Positions 46,516-60,499 of a DNA stretch of 64,000 bases are shown in pieces. The first letter of the stretch is position 1, and each line of letters begins with the position of its first letter. The DNA comes from Glycera tridactyla (taxonomy: Eukaryota): assembly GCA_965644265.1 (NCBI GenBank), contig OZ286473.1, forward strand, positions 64,666,001 through 64,730,000, in the 5' to 3' direction. A program made the position numbers and the translations under genes. The notes under the pieces are model-generated. The model saw only the letters and a list, made by a program, of their open reading frames with translations, made no database searches and was not told where the DNA came from.

Positions 46516-47643
46516 AACAGTCAGTAGCCTAATGAGAAGCATGTCTAGTCGGCGGCAAGATATGCTGGTCACTACGTGGCGCTACCATCGCAGAAATTTC
46601 ACATCTGGAGCCTACTGCACCCTCTCTACTCACCCTCTCTGGTGTGAGTCAGTCTTGATACTTGTGATGTGCTCACCAAAACCCCAAGCTCAACTGAGTG
46701 AGGTCAGTCATGTAGGTAGTGTGGGTGGGTGGGGGAATGTACAGGCATGCATGACTTGGGGCTGGTGAGCACATATCAGTACAGTCCGTGCTCTTAGTCC
46801 GAGCCCCTTCCCCACCCCCTTCCCCAAATCACCCTCTGCCTACACAAGCCATTAACACATCAACAGGATGTCCAGCAGGGGTTGAACATCACTGACCACA
46901 ATATCATCCAACATCTGGTGTTTATCACAAAACTGGGAGAGCAAAGGTCATGAAAGTCTTCACATTACAGAACTCATATGTGTGACTCCCGGGGGGGGGG
47001 GGGGGGGGGGGGGGGGCACTCTCTATATGTCCTATAGTATCACCTGCGAACAGCAGACTGAAAATCATACCCTAAACACTGACCTCTAGTATGAAAAATC
47101 CCACCCTAAACGCTGACCTAGGATCGGATATCAGACCTTTCCACTGACAAATAAGAAATTGCTAATACAGAAGAGGAATTGCGCTGAAGTGACCCCTAAG
47201 CACTGATATACCGGTATGTGCCTTAATACAAAGTCACCCATTTAAGCATCTCTATGACAAAGATCACCTGTCCACCCATCCCACCTGTCCACCTAACCAC
47301 CCACCCATCCAAGTACCCACCTACCCACCCACTTACCCATCCACTGACCCCCTACCCACACCCTACACACCCATCTATGCACCCAACCACCCATCTAGTA
47401 GATGGTCGGGTGAATGATGGTTTCCGAATGATAACTCAAAAAGTTTGAGTTGCTTTGAAATTTTGTGGCTAGCATAGAGCCTAGGGTCATTACCATTTTC
47501 ATACCAGAAATGTCCTATCCCAGTTCCGATGGCACAGATGTGAAGATCGCTGTCACAATGAAAACAAGAAATTTCTTCAAAAAGAAGAATGGTCGTCAAT
47601 TTATAGCGGAGAAGTGGTAATTTAGAAGGAAATGCATGAAGTG

Positions 47644-47644
<1 letters not shown>

Positions 47645-47678
<34 letters not shown>

Positions 47679-47718
47679 GAGAAGAGAGGCATGCAGACAG
47701 ATAGATAGATGAACAGAC

Positions 47719-47801
<83 letters not shown>

Positions 47802-47852
47802 TAGATGAACCGACAGACAGACAGAGAGAGAGAAGGACAGACAGACAGACAG
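47645..47852. repeat. Compound (CG)n(AG)n(AGAC)n microsatellite inside the sister copy of the 35-kb element
   Basis: Direct reading. Confidence 0.95.
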
Positions 47853-48555
47853 AGGTTCTGCATGGAACAAATGCGTGAATATTTCAGCATGTATTTGTGG
47901 CATTTCAGTCGGGATGATCGGCGTCCCGACAGGCTGCTAACTTTAATTCTGATGATTTTATACCAACCGTTTACAAATGGCAGCCCACAGATCGTGTGAC
48001 TTGAACGTAGTCAAATTGCTCCACAAAATGGCCGATAGTAATATCTAGAATCAGTGGGAATCCCAAAGTGAAAACAGTACCATCCCCGACGGAAAAACTT
48101 GGTACAGAGGTCATTTACAGCAGAAAATACTGTTGCAGTAACGGCTCAAGGTGGGCAGGTGGGTCCTCAAAGCAGGCAAACTGTACAGGTACATGGAAAT
48201 AAGGGAAGGTCTGCACCATTATCCACTTACATATCTTTAGTTTCATTCAGGTGATACTTAACATTGAGCCCTGCACATCTGTCTACGAAATCCATTCTTC
48301 AACATTTGGACAACCACACAAGAAGAAACCACATACTATCATTTTATCCAGTTTATTACGTACATATCATCAAGTAAAGACATGCTCCTGAAAAAACAGG
48401 TTTGTCCATCAAAAGAGTGATAAGATGAGGTTCATGGAATCATATACAGTGGGGTTGGTTGTGTTATCTTGGTCAGAACACAATCCTATACCTGTAGTAT
48501 CACCTATCCATGCTGGCTAAGATTGTTTTCTAAGAGATATGGTGCTATGCTTGAA

Positions 48556-48731
48556 CAGGAAAACCTGTCTTGAGTGAAAAGTCACAGGACCAAATTTTTC
48601 TTCCACTTAAGACAGGATTTTGCTTAGCGGAGGACAATTATAGTGGGAAAAAACATCCAGGCAGCCCGTGGGGTATGTGCTTAAGACAGGATTTCGCCTA
48701 GCACAGGTTTACACTCAAGCAGGTTTTACTG
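48556..48731. mobile_element. CAGT-type MITE, short form; long form at 57005-57579
   Basis: AAAACCTGTCTTGA...AAGACAGGATT...CAGGTTTTA(C/T)TG|TA in both copies; the 57-kb copy has ~400 bp of extra internal sequence. Confidence 0.7.
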
Positions 48732-51700
48732 TATTTCTAGAAACTGAAAATATTTCCTCATCGATGAATAGATATTGAGTACCAGGCCATCAATAATATT
48801 GTGCCACCCCAAGTAAGATTACAGATCGAGTAACTTCAATGATTAAGCATCAAGTAGAAGATCTCATTTGTTGGAAGCTTTTCTGATGTTGATGAGGATC
48901 CATGAAGAAAGGATTTTCTTGGCTGATATCTCATGATGGCAGCTTCTACTGTGACATCCTACAGCTTCAGGACCTTTTGGTGTTTCTGGAAGAATAAAAT
49001 TACATTGATTTATTCTGGTGTATTGTGATAACACTCCACATATACTTGGACAAATTGCAGGGTATGCCATTAGGAGAGCTTGAGAAGCTCCATATTTGTT
49101 GCTTATAACCCAGTTTGCCTTCATAATATAGTAAAACCTCTCTTAGTAGACCACCTTAAATGCCAACCACAAGCGGTCTCTCAAAAGAGGTGGTCTTTTG
49201 TTGTAGATACATGTAATATTTGTTGATGATGGTACTGCAGAAGAAACAGAAGGAATATTCAGGTTTCATTTGGAAGTATGATTGAAATTGGCATTCAAAG
49301 GGTTCATGACATTGTGTATTTCAACCAGGTGGCTGCCTAATACAGGTGCCCTTTATAGCAGGTTGAACTGTATATGAAGACACTCCAAAAACTAACTTAT
49401 TTATTCAGGTGGAATTGAATTTTGCCGGCCTTTATTTCTCCCTTTACAGTATCTCACCCAGGGATCCAGAGCAATTCCACCTGAACTTCTAAATTCCTGA
49501 ATGTAAGCTGAGTATCGATATGAATAATATTGGATGTCGCTCCTTAAACATAAATTGGTGGTATTTTGGAGTTTGATTTTGATCTTCAGTTGCATTTTTG
49601 CTGGATTTCTATGGAATTTGCATAATTCACTTAAGGAATCCAGCAAAATCCATTGAGAATTACAGAAATGTGACTCTAGTATTGATGTATTGAGACTGGA
49701 TTTCTGTCCTTGAATATAAATCAGGGCTACAGGACGCCTTCACATCCACTCACACTTGGTAAAAGGTAGGTAATATCTGCCCATCCTTAAATCTCGAGGA
49801 AAATATGGAGTGATCTGGAAAACTCTTCTGTTTATTTCTTCTCCCTGGAGTCTCAGATCAAACAGTAGCACACATCTGCAAGGAAAAAAAACAACAGATC
49901 ATATCCAAGATATCTGTTTGAGCTGATTCAAAATCCAAATTAAGCATTTCATACCGTAGAATTACCATATACAGTGAAACCTGCGATGAGAGACCCCCCC
50001 CCCCCCCCCCCCCCCGACAAGAGACCACCTCCAACGGGAGACCACTTTTCCAGGGCAGCTTTTCTATCAGACATAGTCAAATATACCTCCGACGAGAGAA
50101 CACCTCTTTTGAGAGACCACTTTTTGGTGACATTTAGGGGCAGTTTCATAGTTGAAGCTGCCCAAAAGCCGACCTATCTACAAGGGCCACCTGCCTACAC
50201 AGTAAAAATCAGGGAATGAACTCATGATTAAATAAATAGGTGCAAGATATGGCAAATATTTCACAGATTCAGAAAACGTTTACTTGGTGGGGACGGATTG
50301 AGTAGAAGTCCTTCATTCCGACTGTTGCTGATTTCATCCACTACTTTGCTCTCTCCATGAACTCATGGCCATATGTACATGCCAGGTATGGCAGATCATG
50401 AAGTAAGGAACCACAAACCCTGGACCTCTGCTATTTCGCAACCAAAGGGGGTGGTTGGGAATAAATCCCACCCATGCTGCATGAATTACCTTTGACAGTC
50501 CCTAGAAAGGGGTGGAGAACATCTTTAATTGCACATCACCAGATAACTTACTCTCTGTGTGTCAGATAGGATGGATGTTGTTCATGCCCCCCCCCCCCCC
50601 CCTTCACAAACACACAACTGTCCTGTCATTCTTCATCCATCACATTATACAGTTGAATTTGATGAAATTTCTGTCATCTGGCCAACATTTTGTTTTTCTT
50701 CTTCACATTAAATCTTTTGAAATACTAATTTCCCAGATATCTCTAGGGAGAACAGCCAGGTTATGAAATCCAGCAGTGAACATCAACTGATGAGGGACAC
50801 TTTCACTAAGACCACTAAGACTAATAGGAAGGTTAACACAACAGAGCTGGAAATGTGAAATCTCCATCTTACAAAGCATGCTCAAAAAGGTGATACATAA
50901 ATTGTAAGATGTATCCCTTCATAGGTGTAACCTCAAACGTTAGTGAATGGGGCCCAGCCCTTACATAAAATCCCCTTTTTGACAGATTAATTCTTAATTC
51001 AAGACATTCATCTAGCTGGGGAATATCAAAATGTTTTGGCCCAGAGATCTGGTATGGAATGAACCTTTCTGGCTAAATGATACAGAAATGCCCCAGTGCA
51101 TGCAGACTGGATGTCTATGGATTCTGGAGACTAGGTGAGTATGAAAAGTTCTGTTATGGCTCCTTGGCCAAGGTGCAAGCAGGGCCACAAATTAGCACCC
51201 CTCAGTTGCTTGGGGCACCTCAAGCAAATTGATTATTAATTGTCCAGTAACAAGTTGTTTAAACTCTCATTAATTAATCATGAGGATTAGCTAAGAGCAT
51301 GTACAAACATGGGGTTGGAAGAGGGGTATGTCTAGATAATCCCAATGCTCTTTAACCATCCCTCCTCAACATTTTTATCTGCCCTCCTGCAAATCCCAAA
51401 TTATACCTTAATTTATGTATATTATTATTAATATTATTATTATTCGAATATTGAAACCATCTAAATTGAGTGATATGAAGGGCCAGTAGTGCTCAGTAAG
51501 TGCCATATAGCTAAATATGCATCATATATGCATTTAACATGACATTGTCAATGCATTATTTAATACAGTTTTTCAATTAAAAATGAATAACTAAATAAAT
51601 TACTGGGGAGCTCATTTCAGAATATTTTATCCCTGATTGGCCTTTGCATCTTACAGGCCTTGTTGTAGATTTGTGTGGCCATCAATAAACCTTCTAAAGT

Positions 51701-52255
51701 CTGTCAAGCTATCTCGTGGCGGGTACGTTTTTCGGCCTAGCATCGCGAATTCGGTTCCGATTGAAATGAAACTTGCTGACAGGCTTTGTGTACATCTCCG
51801 ACGACAATAAATGTAATCTCGGCGAAGATCCCGTGTATATTTCACCTTAGAATGCCAAATATGTCGATTTCACGCTGGTTTCGTGGCAGGTGCGGCGGCC
51901 GTATCTACGTTGTAAACATAGGGAAGGTTGGGCGATAATACCTGTGGATTCGCCAAATAAATACAATGAAATGATGGCGTACTCCTCCTCAAAAGCATAC
52001 AAGGTCCCTGAAACCCGATTCGATAATCGTCGGGACACCTCCTCAATACATTCGTGCCATTAAAACTGAAATCGGACAAGAAATGACGACAGGAGTGCTT
52101 GAAACGTACCCGCCAAATTTGGATTTGACAGACTTTATCCTTGAGCATGTGTGGTCAACCTCACACCCAGGGCAGTACACTGGCTTGAGAGTGAGGTTGC
52201 CTTGTGGTCACCACCTGTGTTCAGTGAAGATGAGGAGGTGATGATACAGATATGA

Positions 52256-52377
52256 TAGACCGAGCGTTCAGTCCCGATCCCGGCCGTGTTTACATATGGG
52301 CGTTTAGTGGCCGCTCCCGGCCATCAACAATGCCAATATCGAAAAAACGGCCGGAAACAGACAGATCGCTCGGTCTA
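52256..52377. mobile_element. Small MITE with TAGACCGAGCG termini
   Basis: TAGACCGAGCG...CGCTCGGTCTA, 11-bp IR. Confidence 0.6.
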
Positions 52378-54277
52378 CAGTTATGACAGCTATTTTCAGA
52401 ATACTCCTCAGGAGCGGTGGGCCAGCACTAAGCACTGCTAAGAACACAGACTGAAGAGAGGTACCTGGGCGATAATGAGTTGATTTCAGTCACTGCACAT
52501 GAAAGAATGTATGGTATTGAATGGCAAGGAGGTTATCAACACCAGATCACTAATCCTCCATGTTGCGGGATATATTACCAACATACCTGCACCAATGGAA
52601 CCTCTTGTAGCTGCTGATATACCCGCCAGTGGCGTTTTATTCTACAGGTGACTGTAGTGCTGTCAAGCTGTGCGCCATTTGTAAACAAACTGCCAGTGGG
52701 TGCTGGCGCGGTGGTGACGCCATCTATCGGAACGCACGGATGCTCGGACGCCCATAGAGATCTGACTGCGGTGAAATTACGGACTGGGTTTGTTTATGTT
52801 TCCAACAATTCGAAACAAGCTCATCAGGACGTTCACCTATACAGTCAAACCTGCTCACCTTTCTATAAAAGCCACCCTGACTTGTGATTGTATTTTCAAC
52901 CAAAAATAACCTCTCTACAAAGGCTACCTGCCTACTAAGACCATTATTTCATGCATCCAAGGGTGGCCTTCATGCGCAGGTACGACTATGTTTGAGCCTA
53001 GCATGCTAAATATGTTAGTTTCATGCTATTTTATGGTGGAGGCAGCAGCTGTGTCCGTGTCATCACGCATGAGCAGCTTGGCCAATAATCTCTACAATTC
53101 TATGGAATCAAGCTGGATCAACCTCAAAAGCATAGAGTCCATCTGAAAACAGATTCAATAAGGCCCTTTACAAGCCAGTGTCTTACCATCAAAATTATGA
53201 TCTGTTGAGCTTGTCCTTGAAACATGATATAGTATTGTTTGCATTTGTCTCAAGCTCACCCAGTTGCTAACTCACAGAGCTATTTCAGTGAAACCTGCTA
53301 CAGGAAATCCCCTGATGAGAAACCACCTCTAACGGGAGACCACTTTTCCTGGGCATTGTTCTTTTTTGACTATGTCAAATATACCTCTGACGAGAGACCA
53401 CCTGTTTTGAGAGACCTGGGGGGGGGGGGGCGGGGGGACATCCCTATTGCTCAATCATTTATATGGTTTATGAGCTCTACATGAAAAGTTCCCTTCAGCT
53501 ATTATTAGGGCAGCTGTAGTGGGATTTTTATCTACCCTTCCTGCCATTCTACCCTGTCCTACATATTTTCATGGACTAAATAATCCTCGGGCACCTGCAG
53601 ACCAAAGAAATCCCCTGCACTAACAGTAGATCTGCCTGTGCCAGTACAGCAACCCATAGCATAGAGCCGGTTGTGCAATGATGACAGTTCCATTTTGGGA
53701 TAGCACATTGACAAAACTGTATAGCTTAAGGAAAACTGGTGATATTCACTATAGCTGTGAAGCATGATATCAACCTTCGGTTACTGTTGTACATACCCCC
53801 ACAATATCCCAGGAGTCTCAACAAGTTGAGATGTATGGACCTTTTAGGCCCATTGGTGCAGCAGGGTGAGAAGACATCATGAAAATTCACCTGCTCCCCT
53901 GGGAAATCCACCTGCTCTGCTTATATATGCAAGTCATTTATGATAATTTTCCACCTGTGCACCTGTAAAATCTACCTGTCCCGAGCAGGTGGGCGGCTAT
54001 CTCTTCTCGCCCTTTGCAGTGTCAATGTGCTATTTCACATATTTATTTGCCCCAACTAATGTAATCTCTGCGCAGTACACTTACTTGCATGTGCCTCCCT
54101 TTTCTCACTTCATGCCCCTTTTGACACATGGCCTGGATTTAGGTTACTCATGATACCCTGATGGCCTGATCATTGTCTGAGAGCAAACATGGAGTATACA
54201 TTCCAGTTCCAGCCCAGTGGCAATATTAATTATTTGCATGGATGTATGGCATCAGAGGTCAAGCTCAATGTCATGTT

Positions 54278-54600
54278 ATTATTGTACCCCACCGGTGTTT
54301 ACACTGAAGGGGCAGTATGTTTTCACCTTGGCCCTCTGTGGTTGAATGACTTTGTTTCATGGTGAGTGTGCGTGTCTGCATCCATCTGTCTGTCCGGGGA
54401 ATATCTGTATACTGGGTTTCCGGACTTCATCTCAAAATTTTTTTTACCCATTAAGTTAAAACTCACAACACACCTGTAGCTTAGCCCTCCCAAGAACCCA
54501 TCGATTTTGGGGTGACTAGGTCAAAGTCAAATTCACAGTAGGTCATTCACTAGAAATCGCATTTTCTGCTCCTCTGACCTCGATTCTCAATTAATTGCGT
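54278..54600 (+). mobile_element. Helentron/HINE-like end fragment
   Basis: TTATTGTACCCCCACCGGTGTTTACACTGAAGGGGCAGTATG hairpin followed by a (GTCT/CCAT)-like microsatellite and GGTCAAAGTCA motifs. Confidence 0.45.
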
Positions 54601-56165
54601 GCATACTTAGGTCGGAAAGCCATTTGGAGGTTTATTCGTGTATTGGACTTGAGTACACCTTGTTGATTCCCTCTTTTGCTTGCTCGTGAGCCAAATGATT
54701 CAATTTTAATTGGTACCTTGCAGCTATTTTGTGCCATCTAGGGTAGGATCACAGGTAATTGATCTGTTTGTGTGAAATACCAAAAACTTCTGTCTGAGTG
54801 CATCTACCTGAATGAATGTCACTTTATATACATACTGGTAGGTTCATAATTATCAAACCTGTCTACAAAGGTACACCTTTGACAGCCTGGAAAAGTTCTT
54901 GAGCATTTCAATGTAAGATTCCTGGACTGAAAATATTATGATTATACAATCAAACATGCTCTAAAGACCAACCTCTCTATAAAGACCATACCAAGCTGCT
55001 TGCCCTTTGTTGCCTGAATTGGGTTTGTTGACAGGTCTGCTCTGCTGGTTGTGGTAGGTGGCAGCACCGGGTGGTTGTGTAGTTCACCACTAGGTGGCAG
55101 TGTACATATTCATGCTGGCAATATCTGCAGGAATAACTTGTTTTCCGCCACTCGTTCTCGCCACTCCAGCAGCCAGCGAATCACTACATACCGCGAATCA
55201 CAACAACGCTATCAGTGGAACAAGCACTGAGCATGAAACCTTATGCATAAAAAATCAGAACTGCATGTGCCTCTTCTAACGCATGGTGATGTCTATTCTC
55301 AGAACATCTTCTGGATCAGGAAAGTTACAAAATTTATGAGGTTCTGAAATTCGTTAAGCTGCCGTAAGTTGGACACAATAGCTTGGTTCCTGTCATGGGC
55401 CATTCCGCAGTAATTTTCGTTACGGAAGGGACGGGACAAAACATTGATTATTGGCATAGGACAAGAAAAATAAATTCTTTTTTTAATTTATACATTCTCA
55501 TTTTGCTGAGATTGGAATTGGACCTTTCTGCAGATACGAGTTGTGGAGCCGGTCAAATGATGTGAACTCTTGAGTGAGCACTACTTCGACAGAAGATTGA
55601 ATTTGAGCCATTTATCCAATTCAGTCAATTAATTGCTGAACTTCAACCTGAAACTGTATAGCATATCCTTTGGGAATATTTGCAGAAAACATCTCTGGAG
55701 CTAGCGGGAAGTCAGGATTGACATCACTCGGACTGGCTTGATTGATGGACTGTGTAGATTTCAATGTCTCCACCACCCTAGCTGGGTTATATGAGACAGA
55801 GAATGGCTTGAATTTCAGGTCTTGGATTCACATGAATTGTTTGTCTCTCTCTTTTTGTTCCGGATGCACAGTTTTCAACTAATCTGGGTTTTCGGGTAAG
55901 TTGCATATTCGAGTTGTGCTCGCTGAGCTTTCTGAAGTGTTAATCTTGAATGTGCTCGTATCCAAATCTTGACTTGATCAACAGGTAGGCAAGTCCTATC
56001 AAATTAGACCTGGAAGATTTGTAGGCAGGAATTGCGAGATTTCGAAAATCATGTACCGGTAACTGCTTGATTTCTACTGAAGGTCATATTTGGCTCCTAG
56101 GAAGTGAATGACAAGGGCCTATTCGGCCCATAAATATCTTTCGACATCAAATTCATGAGGCCCTA

Positions 56166-56954
56166 CAGTGATGTTTCCGGCCCAAAAAACGAGCGGGCCA
56201 TTGGCCCGCTCAGCAAAAAAACAGTGGGCCATTTTCAGGATTCAGTGGGCCATTTCCAAAATGTTGTGAGCCATTTCCAGGTTTGTGAAAACAACTGTTT
56301 TTTCACAATATGACACACCCACCACCACCCACACCTACCAACCACCACCCCCACATGCACCAACTACCACCCCACCACCAGCCACACACTATCCTCCCGG
56401 CATCAACAGCAACCTGACTATTTCTTTTAAAAGAAATTCTCGTGAAATCCTCAGTGATACATTGAGTTGACAGTGCTCAGGAATGGCATCTACCTGCCCC
56501 TTCAAAATACAGGATGCCTCCATTATGTGTTCATTAAATCTATTATCATTTTCTACCTGTCCATTAAGCAGGTAGGTTTCAAAATCATTCTGTCAACCTT
56601 GGAAATCTACCTGCAAGGGCTGGTTGGGAGGCCATCTCGAAGCACACACATGGACCCAAACATCTGGTCACCCCAGAATTACCCCCTCATCAGGCCAGGG
56701 TGAACAGGAATTGTCTGTTGATGTTGTGGTAACATCACAGTCATCGTCCCGGTAGGGGGTCAATTAGAGGGATTACTTTCTTTGACCCTGTAGAATGCCC
56801 CTGCCAACAAACGGTGTCTTTGAGTATAGTCACTAGTAGTTTATTGACAAAATTACTGGCGCGCCAAGGGGGGCCCACTGAGCTATTTGCTGGCGCGCCC
56901 ACATCAACATATAAGGCGCCATCGTTGCAATGGCGCTGCAAATGAACTTCGCTG
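56166..56954. mobile_element. hAT-like non-autonomous element with 6-bp TSD, copy 2
   Basis: CAGTGATGTTT...GAACTTCGCTG; GCCCTA on both sides; homologous to 29756-30657. Confidence 0.75.
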
Positions 56955-57856
56955 GCCCTATATCAAGGATGCAGCTTCAAGAGAAGATATCTTTCTAACT
57001 ACTAAAGTAAAACCTGTCTTGAACGAAAAGTCACGGGACCAAATTTTTTCCGCTTAAGACAGGATCTTGCTGGGCACAGGATTTTCACATGGGCAATAAT
57101 ACACGCTTATAAACGAATGATTCATGACTTCAAGAAATTAGCGTCTCTTCCGTGGCGCCCCACACTTGCAATAGTAGTCAGAAACTCACCAAATGATTTG
57201 GCTAAGCAGATCGGGGGATGCTGGAGACGATGATAGTCTCGGATTTTCGATCTGACAAGTGTAAATGGCATTTGCGAGCCATCAAATAATGGGTGAAACG
57301 TGGGAAAAAATGATGTAGTCGCTGGAAAAATACAACCTTGCCGCCTTTGCGCTCACACCACGCAATAAGTACAAATGGTATCTGTACAAACCATATATCA
57401 AACGAATCCTTAGAATATTGCGCAGTAAAGTTTTCTCGTAATGGCAAGGTGAAAAATTTGCGTCAGTTACCGGTTAATCCAGGACAATTATATTGAAAAA
57501 ATGTTCGGGCGGACTGTGGGGAATGCGCTTAAGACAGGATTCGGCCTAGCACAGGATTATGTTCTAGCAGGTTTTATTGTATTTGTCATCAGTAAGGGAA
57601 GAAATGTGACTGCCGTCTTTAGGCTCAATAATTTCTAAATTCAGCGCTCTCACTAATTGGAAATGGATATACAAACCTCCAAGTGGCTTAGAAAAATGGA
57701 CAGCTGTCTGACCTTTTCCAGCTAAAATTGGCTTCAAAGAAGTTCCCACATTATTCACCTCTGGACTGTATGGTGACGCAACATATGGCAATTTGTCATA
57801 TTTTATGATTTATTTGGCAAGAAGAAAATGGCAGGGCTGTAGCCAAAGTGGCTGAA

Positions 57857-58056
57857 AGGTACCAATGCCGAGCCATAACACTGAGACAGACAGGTGGCTC
57901 CCGACACTGAGGCAGACAGGTGGTCATTTTTGGAATTACGGTTTTTGAGATACGGTCCAATAATGACCAGCTGTCTGTCTGAGTGTCGGGCACCTGTCTG
58001 TCACAGTGTCGGGAACCACCTGTCTGTCTCAGTGTCGTGGCTCGGCATTGGTACCT
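57857..58056. mobile_element. Foldback MITE with internal repeats
   Basis: AGGTACCAATGCCGAGCC...GGCTCGGCATTGGTACCT plus mirrored CACTGAGACAGACAGGTGG units. Confidence 0.75.
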
Positions 58057-59854
58057 CTCCTGAATAAAGTATGACCCCAGTGCTAGCCCAAAAATTGTTT
58101 ATATTGTGTTGCATGAAATAGTGATTAGATTATCAGTAATTAATTGACATTTTGTGAATTTGACATGTTTGACTTACTCTCATTCATTATTGGTTTTGTT
58201 TCTCCCCTTTTTGATGTTCACCTCAGTCAGGCTTGACAGTTATCTTGAGTTTAATAGGATCCAAATTTTTGCTGTTTGGCCTTTTTGCTTCAGATTTTAC
58301 AATTTCTGTTCAGTTTCACTTCATGATGAGCTGCTCATATAGCTACAGGGCTCTATGTTGCTGCTAGCTGTGGGTAGCCGATGGCTACCAAATTTACCCT
58401 CTGGCTAGTTCAGACCAAGCTGCCTCCAAAATTTTGGAAGGTTGTAATTGGTGATGTACTGACTGGTTACCAAAAACTTCAACTCAGGAGCCAGCCGGCT
58501 CCTGAATATTTTGGCCAACTTCAATCGCTGATTTATTCATCATCGAGCATTCAATACGTCAGCCACTGTTGTCAATGAATTTGTGAAGTTTATGTCTCTT
58601 CTTTCTATTGATGCCGATTGAAAAGTGACCTCTCCAGAATGAGGAAACATATTTTACCAGATTTGGGCGGAGAATCATTCCAGAATATTCTTTACAAGGC
58701 CAGTAATCTTGTACAAACCCATGAAGTTCTCGTAACAATAACTTTTCTCTACACGAAATAGAAAATTCCTGATTTGATGCTCAATGTTTTTCCCTATGAT
58801 AATACTGATGTTCAGAAGGTTTGCCAGACATAATTTGGCTGTGAATTCCATTTTTCACATCTGGAAGTTAGTCTGACAGAATTCTAGGTACTGCGTGACA
58901 TCTGAGGCTTTCCTCTGAGACACTGTTATTTGGAATAGATGATACCCCAATTTGGCGATTTTATTGTATACTCAAGCATGAACCAGTTTCCACTGGGCAG
59001 TTTTTTCTCTTCTCAATCTCATACTCATAGCAGGTTTGACTGTATATGTTTAAGGTTTGTACAGGTCTTGAAAACGCCATCATTTTGGATAGACAACTTG
59101 AAAACTCTTTGAATTTGCCCAATAGTCTGGCAGATGAAGCCCCAAAATAACTGAGTTCAGGTAGCCCAAGGTATAACATTTGTTGACATATATCAAAATA
59201 ATCAGCGCACTGTGGGGAATCAGGCAAGACATGTAGAATAGCCCAGATTTTTGTGCGGACTGAGGGATGGCCCGTTACCATGGCAACCAACTTGAAAATT
59301 AAAAAAATTCAAATTCACCCTCACAGTGAGATTGCTTAAAAATTACAGATTTCATCCATCAAATAGTCCTATCCCATGTAAATTGACATGCTACACAGAC
59401 ACCCAGAGACCCTTTTGATCACCTGGTCATACCAATGTTCAAGCGTGAAGAAAAAACTTTATTAAGCAGCTTAGCAATGCCCATGAAATGCAAGTCTTTG
59501 GGCCAGAAAAGAATGGTTCCTACTTCAAAATCATGGTGGTTGGTGTATTTGGTTTTATACATCAAATCCTACCAATGTACGGACAGTGAACATGACATGA
59601 TATGACGGATTACAGCTGTAAATATGACAAGCGGTCTGATTCCTCAACATATGATGCGTGTAAGTTGTCATGTACCATGTTAGTTAGACCTTGCTCACAG
59701 ACACCAGTTGAAATGAAGATCATATTATTGTTGTTGAAAAAAAATCCAAGCTGTATATACCCATATGTTAGTAAGCTTGTTTCCCAGGAAGAAGTGAATG
59801 CTGGTCACAGCCGGAGTAGTGTCGGGAATTGATACACATTTTGAAATCGGATTA

Positions 59855-60499
59855 CCGTATTCTCCCTAATTAGCGCCCCCACCCTCATAAGCGCCCCCCC
59901 CCCCCCCCCCCCCTCCCGTGGGAGGGAGAAGTTGCCGACTGGCTTTGATGGTCACGGATATTTGAATTTCCCGCACTTTCTGAGCTAGCAAGGAGGCCGA
60001 ATCCAAGATGGCGGCGCGCACGTGGATGAAGAAGCCACTCCTTCCCGTTCGATATTTGCACTGTTTTCGGCGAATATTTGACGGATTTGAGAGATTTATG
60101 CATGGATACCACACAATTTTATACCTAGGAATTGATTCGCGCAATCGTTTTCACTGTGAGTTCGATATTTCGTAGGTATTAATCGCGGCAAACTACGTCT
60201 GAAAACACGGGATTGACTTGTCAAAGTGGGATCGGTAACAACAACACTTTTTATCACTGTTTATTCGGCAAATATTAGCCGTATCCTCATAGTTCTACCG
60301 GTTTTTCTATTATTTGACACAAATAGAGACTGAGTGATACATTCATCGAATGTTTCTTCATATTTCAACAGCCAAAGACCTCATGTTCGCGAAAATACCC
60401 TAATATCGCTCATCGGCGATTTTTCATATCTTGAACAAATTAGCGCCCCCCCTTTCTCAATTAGCTAGCGCCCCGGGGCGCTAATTAGGGAGAATACGG
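59855..60499. mobile_element. pogo/Tigger-like non-autonomous element (645 bp), TA TSD
   Basis: TA|CCGTATTCTCCCTAATTAGCGCCCC...GGGGCGCTAATTAGGGAGAATACGG|TA; 25-bp perfect TIR. Confidence 0.85.

Noticed and set aside
47375-47999. 171/93/64-aa ORFs with LSVC or TDRQ repeats
   Set aside because: Microsatellite translations.
55760-55860. KPFSVSYNP resembles the C-terminus of aromatic amino-acid hydroxylases (RPFSVRYDP)
   Set aside because: Upstream conserved residues absent, in-frame stop nearby, no exon boundaries; likely coincidence.
56120-57000. PHEFDVERYL (after removing the hAT insertion) resembles the P450 PERF motif
   Set aside because: No ExxR or FxxGxxxCxG heme motif found in any frame nearby.
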